64,000 nt of DNA from Burkholderiales bacterium (GCA_041558415.1 JBFFEY010000001.1:22910-86909); one strand, 5' to 3'. Shown: positions 1 to 9,369, counted from the first letter of the stretch. Notes: a model not told the origin generated them from the letters alone. Program-made: numbers and translations.

Positions 1-861
1 TCGCGCAAGCAGAGCTACGAAGCCAACAAGCTCGCCAAGCGCCTGCGCCGCCAGGTCGGCGAGGCGATTGCGCACTTCAAGCTCATCGAGGCCGGCGACC
101 GGGTGATGGTCTGCCTGTCGGGCGGCAAGGACAGCTACGGCCTGCTCGACGTGCTGCTCGCGCTGCGCGCCAAGGCGCCGGTGCCGTTCGAGCTGATTGC
201 CGTCAACCTCGACCAGAAGCAGCCGGGTTTTCCGCAGGAGGTGCTGCCGAACTACCTCGCCGCGCGCGGCGTGGCGCATCGCATCGTCGAGCAGGATACG
301 TACGCGGTGGTCAAGCGCGTGGTGCCGGAAGGCAAGACGCTGTGCGGATTGTGCTCGCGGCTGCGGCGCGGCGTGCTCTATCGCGTTGCGGGCGAGCTCG
401 GTGCGACGAAGATTGCGCTCGGGCACCACCGCGATGACATCCTGGCGACGTTTTTTCTCAATCTGTTCTACGGCGGCAAGCTGAAGGCAATGCCGGCGAA
501 ACTGGTCTCGGACGACGGCCGCCACGTCGTCATCCGACCCCTGGCCTACGTGCGCGAGGACGACCTCGCCGCCCATGCCGCGCAGCGCGGCTTTCCCATC
601 ATTCCCTGCAGCCTGTGCGGCTCGCAGGAGAATCTGCAGCGCCAGGTCGTGCGCGGCATGCTGCGCGACTGGGAAAAGCGCCATCCCGGGCGTATCGAGT
701 CGATCCTGCGGGCGCTGTCGGACGTGCGGCCTTCGCATCTCATGGATCGAAAGCTTTTCGACTTCGCGGGGCTGCGCGCGGGCGGACCGCCGCCGCCAGG
801 GGAAGGTGACCGCGCCTTCGATCCGGAGGAACTCGGCGAGCCTCTGTTTGCCGAAGACTGA
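1..861 (+). CDS. ttcA: tRNA 2-thiocytidine(32) synthetase TtcA, 5'-truncated by the window edge
   Basis: Frame 1 is open from nt 1 ([23 protein letters not shown]...) into the listed 103..861 ORF. It has the PP-loop SGGKDS and the CGLCSRLRR and [12 protein letters not shown] cysteine motifs typical of TtcA. Confidence 0.92.
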   Translation, partial: SRKQSYEANKLAKRLRRQVGEAIAHFKLIEAGDRVMVCLSGGKDSYGLLDVLLALRAKAPVPFELIAVNLDQKQPGFPQEVLPNYLAARGVAHRIVEQDTYAVVKRVVPEGKTLCGLCSRLRRGVLYRVAGELGATKIALGHHRDDILATFFLNLFYGGKLKAMPAKLVSDDGRHVVIRPLAYVREDDLAAHAAQRGFPIIPCSLCGSQENLQRQVVRGMLRDWEKRHPGRIESILRALSDVRPSHLMDRKLFDFAGLRAGGPPPPGEGDRAFDPEELGEPLFAED

Positions 862-862
862 G

Positions 863-1624
863 ATGAAGTTCCGAGCGACCCTGAGCGTGCTCGCGCTGGC
901 CGCCGTGGTCGCGACCAGCGCGCGCGCGGCCGATTGGCGTGATGCGAGCCATGAGCCGGTCGGCCTTGCGCCCGACCCCGCGCAGACGCCCGAGCCGGTG
1001 GTGCAGGTGTACGCCGCGCGCACCTGGGGCTGGCGCGGCACCTTCGGGGTGCACACCTGGGTCGCGGCCAAGCGCGCGGGCGCGCCCGCGTTCACCATCT
1101 ACGAGGTGGTCGGCTGGCGCCTGCGCTGGAGCGATTCGGCGGTGGTGGTGAGCGCGCGCGCGCCGGACGCGCGCTGGTACGGGTCAGCGCCCGAGCTGCT
1201 GGCCGACAAACGCGGTGCGGACGTCGCGCCTCTCATCGACCGCATCGAAGCAGCGGCGCAGGCCTATCCCTACGCCGCCGAATATCGTGTCTGGCCCGGG
1301 CCCAACTCGAACACCTTCACCGCCTGGCTGCTGCGCCAGGTGCCGGAAATGGAAACGGATCTGCCACCGACGGCGATCGGCAAGGACTATCTCGGTAGCC
1401 ACGTCGTGGCGACTGCGCCGAGCGGCAGCGGCGTGCAACTTTCGCTTGCTGGTCTGCTTGGCATCCTGGCGAGTGACGTCGAGGGACTGGAGGTCAACAT
1501 CCTTGGGTTGTCCTTCGGCGTGAACCCCTTCGACTTTTCGCTCAAGCTGCCGCTCGTCGGCCGCATCGGGCCGGCGCGCCGCCTCGGCGCCGAGGCGCCA
1601 CCGCCGGCGGCGCTCGCCGAGTAA
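863..1624 (+). CDS. secreted DUF3750-like protein of unknown function
   Basis: ATG at 863, one nt after the ttcA stop (an internal start of the 575..1624 track ORF). Signal peptide MKFRATLSVLALAAVVATSARA. Motifs such as YRVWPGPNSNTFTAW resemble DUF3750 proteins. Confidence 0.6.
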   Translation: MKFRATLSVLALAAVVATSARAADWRDASHEPVGLAPDPAQTPEPVVQVYAARTWGWRGTFGVHTWVAAKRAGAPAFTIYEVVGWRLRWSDSAVVVSARAPDARWYGSAPELLADKRGADVAPLIDRIEAAAQAYPYAAEYRVWPGPNSNTFTAWLLRQVPEMETDLPPTAIGKDYLGSHVVATAPSGSGVQLSLAGLLGILASDVEGLEVNILGLSFGVNPFDFSLKLPLVGRIGPARRLGAEAPPPAALAE

Positions 1625-1645
1625 ACAGAGGAAGCGCGGCGCCGC

Positions 1646-2812
1646 TCAGGCGCGCACCGCGGTGCGCGCGACGAACGATTCGTCGATATCGACGCCGAGG
1701 CCCGGCGCCTCGGGTGCGGCGATGCCGCCGTCGACGATCGGGAACTTCGAGCGTGCCAGCTCGTGCAGCATCGCGTTTTCGCCGAGCGAGTACTCCAGAA
1801 TGAACGCGGCGGGCGAGGCGATGCAGACCTGCAGTCCTGCGGCGAACATGACCGCACCGCCCCAGAGGTGCGGTGCGAGCCGCACCTGGTGCGTCGCGGC
1901 AAGCGCGGCGATGCGGCTGGTCTCGGTGATGCCGCCACAGATCGCGGGATCCGGCTGCAGCACGTCGGCGGCGCGCGCGGCGAGCACGTCGCGGAAGTCG
2001 AAGCGTGTGAACAGGCTCTCGCCGCAGGCGATCGGGATGTCGGTCGCCGCACGCACCTCGGCCTGGCCCGCCAGGTCGTCGGCCGCGACCGGTTCCTCGA
2101 ACCAGGCGAGGTCGGCGGCCTCGACCAGGCGGCAGAGGCGCCGCGCGTCGCGCGCATGGTAGGTGCCGTGCGCGTCCGCCATCAGTCCGATCGACGGGCC
2201 GAGCGCGCGGCGCGCGGCGTTGACGCGCGCGGCCGACAGCTGGACCGCGCCGTCCATCGCGCCGACGCGCATCTTCACCGACTTGAAGCCGCGTTCGACG
2301 TAGCTGTTGAGCTGCGCGCCGATGGCATCCTCCGCCGCCCAGCCGCCCGAAGCGTAGGCGGGGAGCCAGTCGTGCGTGCGTCCGCCGAGCAGCCGCCACA
2401 CCGGTGCGCCGAGCGACTTGCCGAGGATGTCCCACAGTGCGATGTCGATGCCGCTCAGCGCCGAGATGGTCAGCCCGCGTCGCGCCAGGTCCGGGAACAC
2501 ATGCCCCGCGGCGAGCGCGTAATGCGCGCGCACCCGGTTGTAGAGCTCTTCCCAAACGCGCGCCGGGTCGCGTGGGTCGCGGCCGATGAGCAGGGGCGCA
2601 ATCTCGTCGCGGATGATGCCTACCAACGCGCGGTACACGCCGGTGCCGCCGACCGCGGCCTTCGCCTCGCCCCAGCCGACGATGCCGTCGTCCGTCTCGA
2701 TTCTGACCAGCGCGGTATCGAACGACGTATGCCGACCGAAATCACTGACATGCTGCTTGGCCTCGGCGATCGGCGAGTGCAGCCAGTGCGCGTCCACGGA
2801 CTTGATCCGCAT
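1646..2812 (-). CDS. enolase-superfamily enzyme, mandelate racemase/muconate lactonizing family (acid-sugar dehydratase-like)
   Basis: The real start is MRIKSVDAHW at 2812; the 584-aa track ORF is an upstream shadow extension. Metal-ligand contexts MADAHG, WFEEP and ACGES, plus LQPDP...APHLWG (Asp-His dyad), match the MR subgroup. Confidence 0.85.
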   Translation of the reverse strand: MRIKSVDAHWLHSPIAEAKQHVSDFGRHTSFDTALVRIETDDGIVGWGEAKAAVGGTGVYRALVGIIRDEIAPLLIGRDPRDPARVWEELYNRVRAHYALAAGHVFPDLARRGLTISALSGIDIALWDILGKSLGAPVWRLLGGRTHDWLPAYASGGWAAEDAIGAQLNSYVERGFKSVKMRVGAMDGAVQLSAARVNAARRALGPSIGLMADAHGTYHARDARRLCRLVEAADLAWFEEPVAADDLAGQAEVRAATDIPIACGESLFTRFDFRDVLAARAADVLQPDPAICGGITETSRIAALAATHQVRLAPHLWGGAVMFAAGLQVCIASPAAFILEYSLGENAMLHELARSKFPIVDGGIAAPEAPGLGVDIDESFVARTAVRA

Positions 2813-2923
2813 GCGGCTCCCCTTCGGTTGCGCCGCGTTCGGCAAAGCGGCGAGCGTCGATTCTAGTGCGGTCGCTGCGGCGATAATCGGGATGTTCGCA
2901 GCCCCTGTGGGAAGACTCGACGG

Positions 2924-3508
2924 ATGCATCGATCGCAACTCTGGAAGGGCGCCTGGGCGCTGCTCGTCCTCGCACTGACCGCCTGCGTCGACCTGAGCGC
3001 TTGGCTCGGCCCGGACACCCGTGTGCGCGAGCCGGACGTGGTCTACGACCCCACGCCGGCCGAAGTGGTCGAGGCGATGCTCGATCTGGCGGAGCTGCAG
3101 CCCGGCGACGTGCTCTACGACCTCGGCTCCGGCGACGGGCGCATCGTGATCGCGGCGGCGCGACGCCCGGGCGTGCGCGCGGTCGGCATCGACATCGATG
3201 CCGAACTCGTGGCGCGCGCGCGCGACAATGCCGAGCGCGCAGGCGTCGGCGCAAGTGCGGAATTTCGCGTTGGGGACCTGTTGACGGCCGAGATCGGCGA
3301 CGCCTCCGTGGTGACGCTGTTTCTCGGCGCCGAGCTCAACCTCCGCCTGCGCCCGCGCCTGCTGGAGGTGCTGGTTCCCGGTACGCGCATCGTCTCGCAT
3401 CAGTACGACATGGGGCGCTGGTTGCCCGACGCTGAGCGCCGGTTCGGCAACCGCACGCTGTACCGCTGGACCGTTCCCCCGGGAGGAAGCAGCCTTCGTC
3501 GGGAATAG
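2924..3508 (+). CDS. class I SAM-dependent methyltransferase with a lipoprotein-type signal
   Basis: Hydrophobic N-terminus ending LALTAC (lipobox-like). SAM motif I VLYDLGSGDGRIVIAAA and acidic loop GIDID. Confidence 0.75.
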   Translation: MHRSQLWKGAWALLVLALTACVDLSAWLGPDTRVREPDVVYDPTPAEVVEAMLDLAELQPGDVLYDLGSGDGRIVIAAARRPGVRAVGIDIDAELVARARDNAERAGVGASAEFRVGDLLTAEIGDASVVTLFLGAELNLRLRPRLLEVLVPGTRIVSHQYDMGRWLPDAERRFGNRTLYRWTVPPGGSSLRRE

Positions 3509-3509
3509 C

Positions 3510-3538
3510 TTGTCAAATTTATCTTGACAAGATATTCT
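3510..3538 (+). promoter_or_regulatory. perfect inverted repeat TTGTCAA-N7-TTGACAA (3510..3530) overlapping a TTGTCA-N17-TATTCT sigma70-like promoter
   Basis: Read directly from the sequence. The -35 is at 3510..3515 and the -10 at 3533..3538, so the predicted TSS lies about 3 nt before ATG 3548. Confidence 0.45.
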
Positions 3539-3547
3539 CGCATCCCA

Positions 3548-5080
3548 ATGCCCGCTCGCCCCGCTACGGCTCCCGACGACGCGGCCTGCGTTTCGCGGCT
3601 GGTAGCCCTATTTGGGAGCCAGGCCGAAGTCGCGCGCGCCTTCCAGCTCGACCGTGCCGTGGTCAATCACTGGGTCAAGGTGGGTTACATCCCGGCGCGC
3701 TGGGCAAGCGAGGTCGAGCGCGTCACACAGGGCCGCATTCCCGCGGCCGACATCGTCAGCGAAGCGAGCGCGAAGAAGCCGGTGCGCGTGAAATCACGCC
3801 CGGACGACGCGCCCTTCGGCATCGTCCCGGAGTCCAATGCCATGAGCTCGTACGCCCCGTCGAAACGCATCCAGTCGTTCCATCCGCCGCAGCGCACGCT
3901 GATGGGCCCCGGACCGACGGAGATTCACCCGCGCGTGCTGACGACCATGAGCCAACCGGCGATCGGCTATCTCGACCCGGTATTCGTCGAGATGATGGAA
4001 GAGCTAAAGAGCCTGCTGCGCTATGTCTACCAGACGAGGAACCCGCTCACCTTTCCACTCTCGGGCCCAGGCTCCGTCGGCATGGAGTACTGCTTTGTCA
4101 ACATGGTCGCGCCCGGCGACAAGGTGATCGTGTGCGTGAACGGCGTGTTCGGCGGCCGCATGCTCGAGAACGTCGTGCGCATGGGCGGCGTGCCGGTCGT
4201 GGTCGAGGACAGCTGGGGCGAGCCTGTCGATCCGCAGAAGGTCGAGGACGCGCTGAAAAAGAACAAGGACGCCAAGATCGTCGCCTTCGTGCAGGCCGAA
4301 ACTTCGACCGGCTGCGCGTCCGACGCCAAGCGCCTGACCGAGATCGCACACCAGTATGGCGCGATGGTCATCGTCGACGCCGTGACCTCGCTCGCCGGCA
4401 CCCCGGTCAAGGTCGACGAATGGGAGATCGACGCGATCTATTCGGCGAGCCAGAAGTGCCTGTCGTGCACGCCGGGCCTTGCTCCAGTCTCGTTTTCCGA
4501 GCGCGTCGTCGAGCACGTCAAGAAACGCAAGGACAAGATCCACAGCTGGTTCATGGACATGAACCTGCTGCTCGGCTACTGGGGCGAGTCGACGCGCACC
4601 TATCACCATACCGCGCCGACGAACTCGCTGCTCGGCCTGCACGAAGCGCTGCTGCTGATCCGCGAGGAAGGGCTGGAGAATTCCTGGGCGCGCCACCAGC
4701 GCCACCACGTCGCGCTGAAGGCGGGGCTCGAGGCGATGGGCCTCAAATTCCTCGTCAAGGAAGAGCATCAGCTGCCGCAGATGAACGCCGTGCTGTGCCC
4801 CGAAGGCATCGACGAGGCGCAGCTGCGCGCGACGCTGCTCGCCGAGTTCGGCCTCGAAATCGGCGCTGGACTCGGTCCGCTCAAGGGCAAGATCTGGCGC
4901 TTCGGCCTGATGGGCTATTCCTGCCGTCCCGACAACGTCATGCTGTGCCTGTCGGCACTGGGCTCGGTGCTCGACGACATGGGCTATCCGGTGCACGTCG
5001 GCGACGCCGAAGCGGCGGCGCACGCCGCCTACGCACAGATGCACGCGAGCGACGCGCGGCGCAAGAAACGGGCCGCTTAA
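3548..5080 (+). CDS. Cro/YdaS-like HTH domain fused in frame to a class V (alanine-glyoxylate / serine-pyruvate type) aminotransferase; an internal start at 3842 would give the stand-alone 412-aa enzyme
   Basis: No stop codon between the N-terminal HTH-like segment (LFGSQAEVARAFQLDRAVVNHWVKVGYIPARWASEVERVTQGRI) and the enzyme (RTLMGPGPTEIHPRVL..., PLP-Lys context YSASQKCLS). GGAG lies 9 nt before ATG 3842. The track ORF start at 3524 is a TTG inside the promoter and is unlikely. Confidence 0.7.
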   Translation: MPARPATAPDDAACVSRLVALFGSQAEVARAFQLDRAVVNHWVKVGYIPARWASEVERVTQGRIPAADIVSEASAKKPVRVKSRPDDAPFGIVPESNAMSSYAPSKRIQSFHPPQRTLMGPGPTEIHPRVLTTMSQPAIGYLDPVFVEMMEELKSLLRYVYQTRNPLTFPLSGPGSVGMEYCFVNMVAPGDKVIVCVNGVFGGRMLENVVRMGGVPVVVEDSWGEPVDPQKVEDALKKNKDAKIVAFVQAETSTGCASDAKRLTEIAHQYGAMVIVDAVTSLAGTPVKVDEWEIDAIYSASQKCLSCTPGLAPVSFSERVVEHVKKRKDKIHSWFMDMNLLLGYWGESTRTYHHTAPTNSLLGLHEALLLIREEGLENSWARHQRHHVALKAGLEAMGLKFLVKEEHQLPQMNAVLCPEGIDEAQLRATLLAEFGLEIGAGLGPLKGKIWRFGLMGYSCRPDNVMLCLSALGSVLDDMGYPVHVGDAEAAAHAAYAQMHASDARRKKRAA

Positions 5081-5098
5081 CCCGGGTACCCTTCGCGC

Positions 5099-6157
5099 GT
5101 GGACACCCTCACCCACGCGCTCTCCGGCGCGCTCGCGGCGCGCGCAACCGCGCCGTCGGCAGCGCCGTTGCGCGCCGTGCCGCGTCGTGTGGCGGCCGGA
5201 TTCTTCGCCTGCGCCGCGCCGGACCTGGATTTCGTCATCCGCTTCCTCGGTCCGGTCGAGTTCCTGCAGTTCCACCGCGGCGTCACCCACTCGCTGCTCA
5301 TGCTGCCGCTCTGGGCCCTGGCGCTTGCTTGGCTGTTCGCCAAGCTGCTGCGCGAGCCGGGCGGCTGGCGTGCACTTTACGGTGTCTGCGCGCTGGCGCT
5401 CGCCATGCATATCGTCGGCGACGTGATTACCAGCTTCGGCACGATGGTGTTCGCACCGCTGTCGAACTGGCGCATCTCGCTCGGCACGACGTTCATCATC
5501 GACCTGTGGTTCAGCGGCATCATCGTCGGCGGGCTGATCGCCGCAGCGCTGTTTCGGCGCACCCGCATTCCGGCCGTCGCGGCCAGCGTGCTGCTGGCGG
5601 GCTACGTCGGCCTGCAATGGGTACAGAAGCAGCGCGCCGAGGAGATCGGGCGGCAGTATGCCGCTGCGCGCGGCCTTTCAGGGGCGGTGGTGCACGCGCT
5701 GCCGCGACCCGTCTCGCCCTTCAACTGGACGGTGTTCGTGAGCGATGCCTCCGCGCATCACTTCGCGCACATCAACCTCCTGCGCCGCGAGCCGCGCGCG
5801 CTCGCCGCAGACGACGGTTTCGTCGCGCGGCTCGATGCGGCCTACCTGCCGGTCGCACAGGCGCAGTGGGAGACGCGTTCGCGCTTTGGTGAAAGCGTGC
5901 AAACCCGCCGGCTCGTACGCGAAGCGTGGAACGCGCCGGCCTTCGCATTCTTTCGCTGGTTTGCCGACAAGCCGGCGTTCGACGGCATCAGCCAGGGCTC
6001 GACCTGCGTGTGGTTCACCGACCTGCGTTTCCTCACGCCGGGGCGCAGCAACGTGCCGTTTCGCTACGGCGTGTGCCGCGCCCGCGAGGATGCGCTCTGG
6101 GCGGCCTACCAGCGGGCCGGGCCGACCGGCCGCACGCGCATCGAACCCCTCGATTAG
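5099..6157 (+). CDS. membrane-bound metal-dependent hydrolase, YdjM/DUF457 family, with a C-terminal soluble extension
   Basis: N-terminal MDTLTHALSG... and HRGVTHSLL motifs plus several TM helices, as in DUF457 proteins. GTG start. Confidence 0.75.
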   Translation: MDTLTHALSGALAARATAPSAAPLRAVPRRVAAGFFACAAPDLDFVIRFLGPVEFLQFHRGVTHSLLMLPLWALALAWLFAKLLREPGGWRALYGVCALALAMHIVGDVITSFGTMVFAPLSNWRISLGTTFIIDLWFSGIIVGGLIAAALFRRTRIPAVAASVLLAGYVGLQWVQKQRAEEIGRQYAAARGLSGAVVHALPRPVSPFNWTVFVSDASAHHFAHINLLRREPRALAADDGFVARLDAAYLPVAQAQWETRSRFGESVQTRRLVREAWNAPAFAFFRWFADKPAFDGISQGSTCVWFTDLRFLTPGRSNVPFRYGVCRAREDALWAAYQRAGPTGRTRIEPLD

Positions 6158-7005
6158 CGCCGGCGCGTCGCGCGCTCGCCGCCGAGGCGTGCGAGAAAGC
6201 GCTCGCCGAGCTGCGGTTGCGCCGCGTAGGCCTCGAGCGTCGGCAGCATGCCTTGCTCGAGCGCGTCGAGTCGCTCGCTCGGCGCGGGGTGGGTCTTGAA
6301 CATCAGTGCCACCGCCGAGTCCTCGGGATTGATCGCCTGCAGGGTCTGCAGCACCACCGGCAGCCCCCAGGGGTCGTAGCCGCCGCGCGCGGCGATCACC
6401 ACCCCGAGACGGTCCGCTTCCAGTTCGTCGGCCTTGTCGAGACCGCGCACGTAGAGTTCCGTGCCGAAGGCCACCAGCCGGTTGCGCAGCTCGGAATTGC
6501 GGTCCTGCATGGCGAGCGCTACGACGTTGCCGGCCACGTTGGCCAGCGCCCCTTTCTGGATCGCCTGCAGGTGATGCTTGCGCAGCACGTGGACAATCTC
6601 GTGCGCCAGCACGCCGGCGAGCTCGGCCTCGGTTGTCATGCGCGCGACGAGTCCACCAGTCACGAAGATGTAGCCGCCGGGCGTGGCGAAGGCGTTGACC
6701 TGCGGCGCGTCGAGCACCGCGAAGCGCCACGGCAGGTCGGGGCGCTCGGTCTGCGAGGCGAGCCAGCGGCCGATCTGGTTGACGTAGCGCTGCAGGCTCG
6801 GGTTTGGATGCAGCGGCGCCGCGCCGAGCAGGCGGGATGCCACGTCGCGCCCGATCTCGACCTCGCCCGCTTGGTCGATTTCGGTGGTCGCCTGGCTGAG
6901 GCTTTTCGCCGTGTCGATCAGGCGGTTGATGTCGAGATTGAACTGCGCCTGCGCGCTCGCCACCGCGAGGCAGGACAGGCCGACGAACAGCAGCAGGCGT
7001 GTCAT
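6154..7005 (-). CDS. secreted M48-family zinc metallopeptidase
   Basis: Signal peptide MTRLLLFVGLSCLAVASAQA. It has the HEIVH zinc motif and NAFATPGGYIFVTGGL typical of M48 (LoiP/YfgC-like). Confidence 0.88.
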   Translation of the reverse strand: MTRLLLFVGLSCLAVASAQAQFNLDINRLIDTAKSLSQATTEIDQAGEVEIGRDVASRLLGAAPLHPNPSLQRYVNQIGRWLASQTERPDLPWRFAVLDAPQVNAFATPGGYIFVTGGLVARMTTEAELAGVLAHEIVHVLRKHHLQAIQKGALANVAGNVVALAMQDRNSELRNRLVAFGTELYVRGLDKADELEADRLGVVIAARGGYDPWGLPVVLQTLQAINPEDSAVALMFKTHPAPSERLDALEQGMLPTLEAYAAQPQLGERFLARLGGERATRRR

Positions 7006-7006
7006 T

Positions 7007-7510
7007 TCATTGCTCGGGCGGGTAGTCGACCCGTTGCGCCTGCAGTGGACCTTGCGCCGCGAAGCGGCCGGCTTCGTCCGCGCTCACCGCAAAGCTGTCC
7101 ATCCGCTGCACGGCGGCCGGGTTGGGTTGTGCCGCCGAGATGTCTTCCGCATCGAGCCCGCGCACGCCGGTGGTGACCTGCGAACCTGAGGTGCCGCCGC
7201 GCGCCACGTTGAATAGCTGCGCGACGCCGCTGTCTCCCGTCCTGGCCGCGCCCCCGCCGCTGAAGCGCAGCGCGAGAAACTTGACCCAGCCTGTTTCTCC
7301 CGCCTCGGTCTTGACCTGGACCCAGCCACCGCGGCGCTCGGCAGTCTGCACCGTTGCGTTCTCCTCGAGTGCGGCGAGCGTATCGGCGTCCGTCGCCGGC
7401 GCCTTCTTCAGCTCGGTGGCGCGTATCACGGTCGCGGGACTGGCCTGCACGGCCAGTGCCCAAAACAGACTGAGTGCCAGGGCCATTGCGAGTCTGCGGG
7501 TGAGCGTCAT
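7007..7510 (-). CDS. secreted bacterial SH3-domain protein
   Basis: Signal peptide ending AVQA. SH3_3-like segment ATVIRATELKKAPATDADTLAALEENATVQTAERRGGWVQVKTEAGETGWV. Its stop is 1 nt from the M48 start, and its start overlaps the cyclase stop (ATGA). Confidence 0.7.
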   Translation of the reverse strand: MTLTRRLAMALALSLFWALAVQASPATVIRATELKKAPATDADTLAALEENATVQTAERRGGWVQVKTEAGETGWVKFLALRFSGGGAARTGDSGVAQLFNVARGGTSGSQVTTGVRGLDAEDISAAQPNPAAVQRMDSFAVSADEAGRFAAQGPLQAQRVDYPPEQ

Positions 7511-9342
7511 ATCGTCTTTCGTCTCGGCTCGAAGAGTTCGACTTCCTGCGCGCGTCCCTTGACTTTATACGAACCGCAGGACGCGAAGTCAAAAGCCTCG
7601 CCGCAGCGCAACATGGTATCCCTCGAAACGAGGATTCTGCGTCCGGCTTCCTTGGTCAAACTTTCGATGCGGCTCGCGAGGTTCACGGTGTCGCCGATCG
7701 AGGTGTATTCGCGCCGCTGGTCCGAGCCGATCAGGCCGACCACGGCGGGGCCGGAGTGAATCCCGATGCCGACGTCGAACTCGGCGCCGATGTCCCCGAT
7801 TTCGCGCTTGAACTGCTCGAGCGTGTCGGCCATGGCGAGCGCGCAGTGCACGGCGTGCACGGCGTGCTCCGGATCCTCGAGCGGCGCACCCCAGACCGCC
7901 ATGATGGCGTCGCCGATGAACTTGTCCAGCGTGCCGCCATGCCGGAAGACGACGGCAACCTGCCGGGTGAAGTAGCGGTTAAGCAGGTCGACGACTTCCG
8001 CGGGGGGGCGCGTCTCGGAAAGCGTTGTGAAGCCGCGGATGTCGGAAAACAGCAGCGTCACTTCGCGCGTCTGCCCGCTACCCTCGAGGCCACCGCGTTC
8101 GAGCAGCTGGTTGACGACGTGCGGGTTGACGAAGCGCGAGAACTGCGCAATCGCTTCCTCGCGGCTACGCCGCTCGCGCAGGTAGGCGGCGAGTGCGGCC
8201 GCGAAATAGAACAGCCAACCCGCGATCAGCGGAGTGAGCAGGGGCAGCAGGACGAGTCGTCCGGCAGCGGCATACGCGGCGGCGAGCAGCGTGAGGCTTG
8301 CAGCCAGGAGCGCCGCGCCGGTCAGGCGCGCATCGAGGTTGCGCAGGAACGCCGCCGCGAGCAGCGCCAGAAGCAATCCCGTCGTCAGCGCCGGCCACAG
8401 TTGGCCGGCCATGCGCATGTGGCGATCGTTCTTCAGGTTCTCGAGTGCGGTGCCGAGGATCTCGGCGCCGGCGTGCAGGCTGGCGAGCGGCGTCACGCGC
8501 AGGTCCTTCAGGCCGGGGGCACCGGCCCCCACCAGCACGATCTTCCCGGTGAACTCGTCCGCGGCGCGCTGACGCGTGGCGCGGTTAAAGTCCTCGTACA
8601 GATCGCTGTACGAAACGCGCGGAAAGTCGCCCGCTTGCCCGCGCCAGGCGAGCACCATGTCTTCGCCAGCGGGCAGCGTCCAGCCCAGGTCGTGTGCGAC
8701 GCGCGCGGGCAATGACAGCAGCGTCCAGCCGTAGAGGGGCGTGCGCAGCGCGTAGCGCCGGCCCACGCCGTCTGCATCTTCGAGAAAGTTGATCGTCCCG
8801 GCGCGCCAGTGCTCGGGCGGCAGCACCAGTGGCGGGACGAGGGCGATGCGCGCATCGGGGTCGGCGTCCGGCCCCGGAAGCAGGCCGACCAGCTTGGCGA
8901 GCTCGCGTGCGGCAACGCCGCGCGGATCGTCGCGTGTGTCGAGGCGCAGCAGAGGAAAGTAGGTGTTCGGGTGCCTGGCGACGGCTTCGACGAACGCCTC
9001 ATCGCTCTCCGGGCGGAAGCGATCGGGCTCGGAGAACATGATGTCGAAGACGATGGCGCGCGGCCGCTGCGCGGCCAGCCCCTCGATCAGCTCGCCGTGG
9101 ACTGCGCGCGGCCAGGGCCAGCGGCCGGCGATGTCCTGCATCTTTACCAGGCTTTTCTCGTCGATGTCGACGAGGACGATGTCCGGGTCGGGCGCAAGCC
9201 GCGCCGCATGGCTGCGGACGAAGGCGTCGAGCAGGCCGTACTCGAGCGGCCGGAACAGCTGCAACGTGAAGAGTTCGAGGGCAGCGGCGACGAGCACCGC
9301 TGCGGCGAGCCAGCCGAGTGTGCCGCGCGCTGCAGCCCTCAT
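7507..9342 (-). CDS. CHASE2 sensor domain-containing class III adenylate/guanylate cyclase
   Basis: N-terminal TM plus periplasmic CHASE2-like region (DIVLVDIDEKSL...WPWPR), then three TM helices. The cyclase domain has LLFSDIRGFTTLSE, KFIGDAIMAVWGAP and GDTVNLASRIES. The Lys/Thr specificity pair suggests a class IIIb adenylate cyclase. Confidence 0.9.
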   Translation of the reverse strand: MRAAARGTLGWLAAAVLVAAALELFTLQLFRPLEYGLLDAFVRSHAARLAPDPDIVLVDIDEKSLVKMQDIAGRWPWPRAVHGELIEGLAAQRPRAIVFDIMFSEPDRFRPESDEAFVEAVARHPNTYFPLLRLDTRDDPRGVAARELAKLVGLLPGPDADPDARIALVPPLVLPPEHWRAGTINFLEDADGVGRRYALRTPLYGWTLLSLPARVAHDLGWTLPAGEDMVLAWRGQAGDFPRVSYSDLYEDFNRATRQRAADEFTGKIVLVGAGAPGLKDLRVTPLASLHAGAEILGTALENLKNDRHMRMAGQLWPALTTGLLLALLAAAFLRNLDARLTGAALLAASLTLLAAAYAAAGRLVLLPLLTPLIAGWLFYFAAALAAYLRERRSREEAIAQFSRFVNPHVVNQLLERGGLEGSGQTREVTLLFSDIRGFTTLSETRPPAEVVDLLNRYFTRQVAVVFRHGGTLDKFIGDAIMAVWGAPLEDPEHAVHAVHCALAMADTLEQFKREIGDIGAEFDVGIGIHSGPAVVGLIGSDQRREYTSIGDTVNLASRIESLTKEAGRRILVSRDTMLRCGEAFDFASCGSYKVKGRAQEVELFEPRRKTI

Positions 9343-9369
9343 GGCCTGGTCGCCCCGGGGATCACCGTG

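Noticed and set aside
4004-5892. Very long ORFs overlapping the aminotransferase and ydjM genes (4004..5617 minus, 537 aa; 4132..5892 plus, 586 aa).
   Set aside because: The translations are Arg/Ala/Gly/Pro-rich low-complexity sequence with no recognisable motifs. They overlap genes with clear family signatures. These are typical shadow ORFs of a very GC-rich genome.
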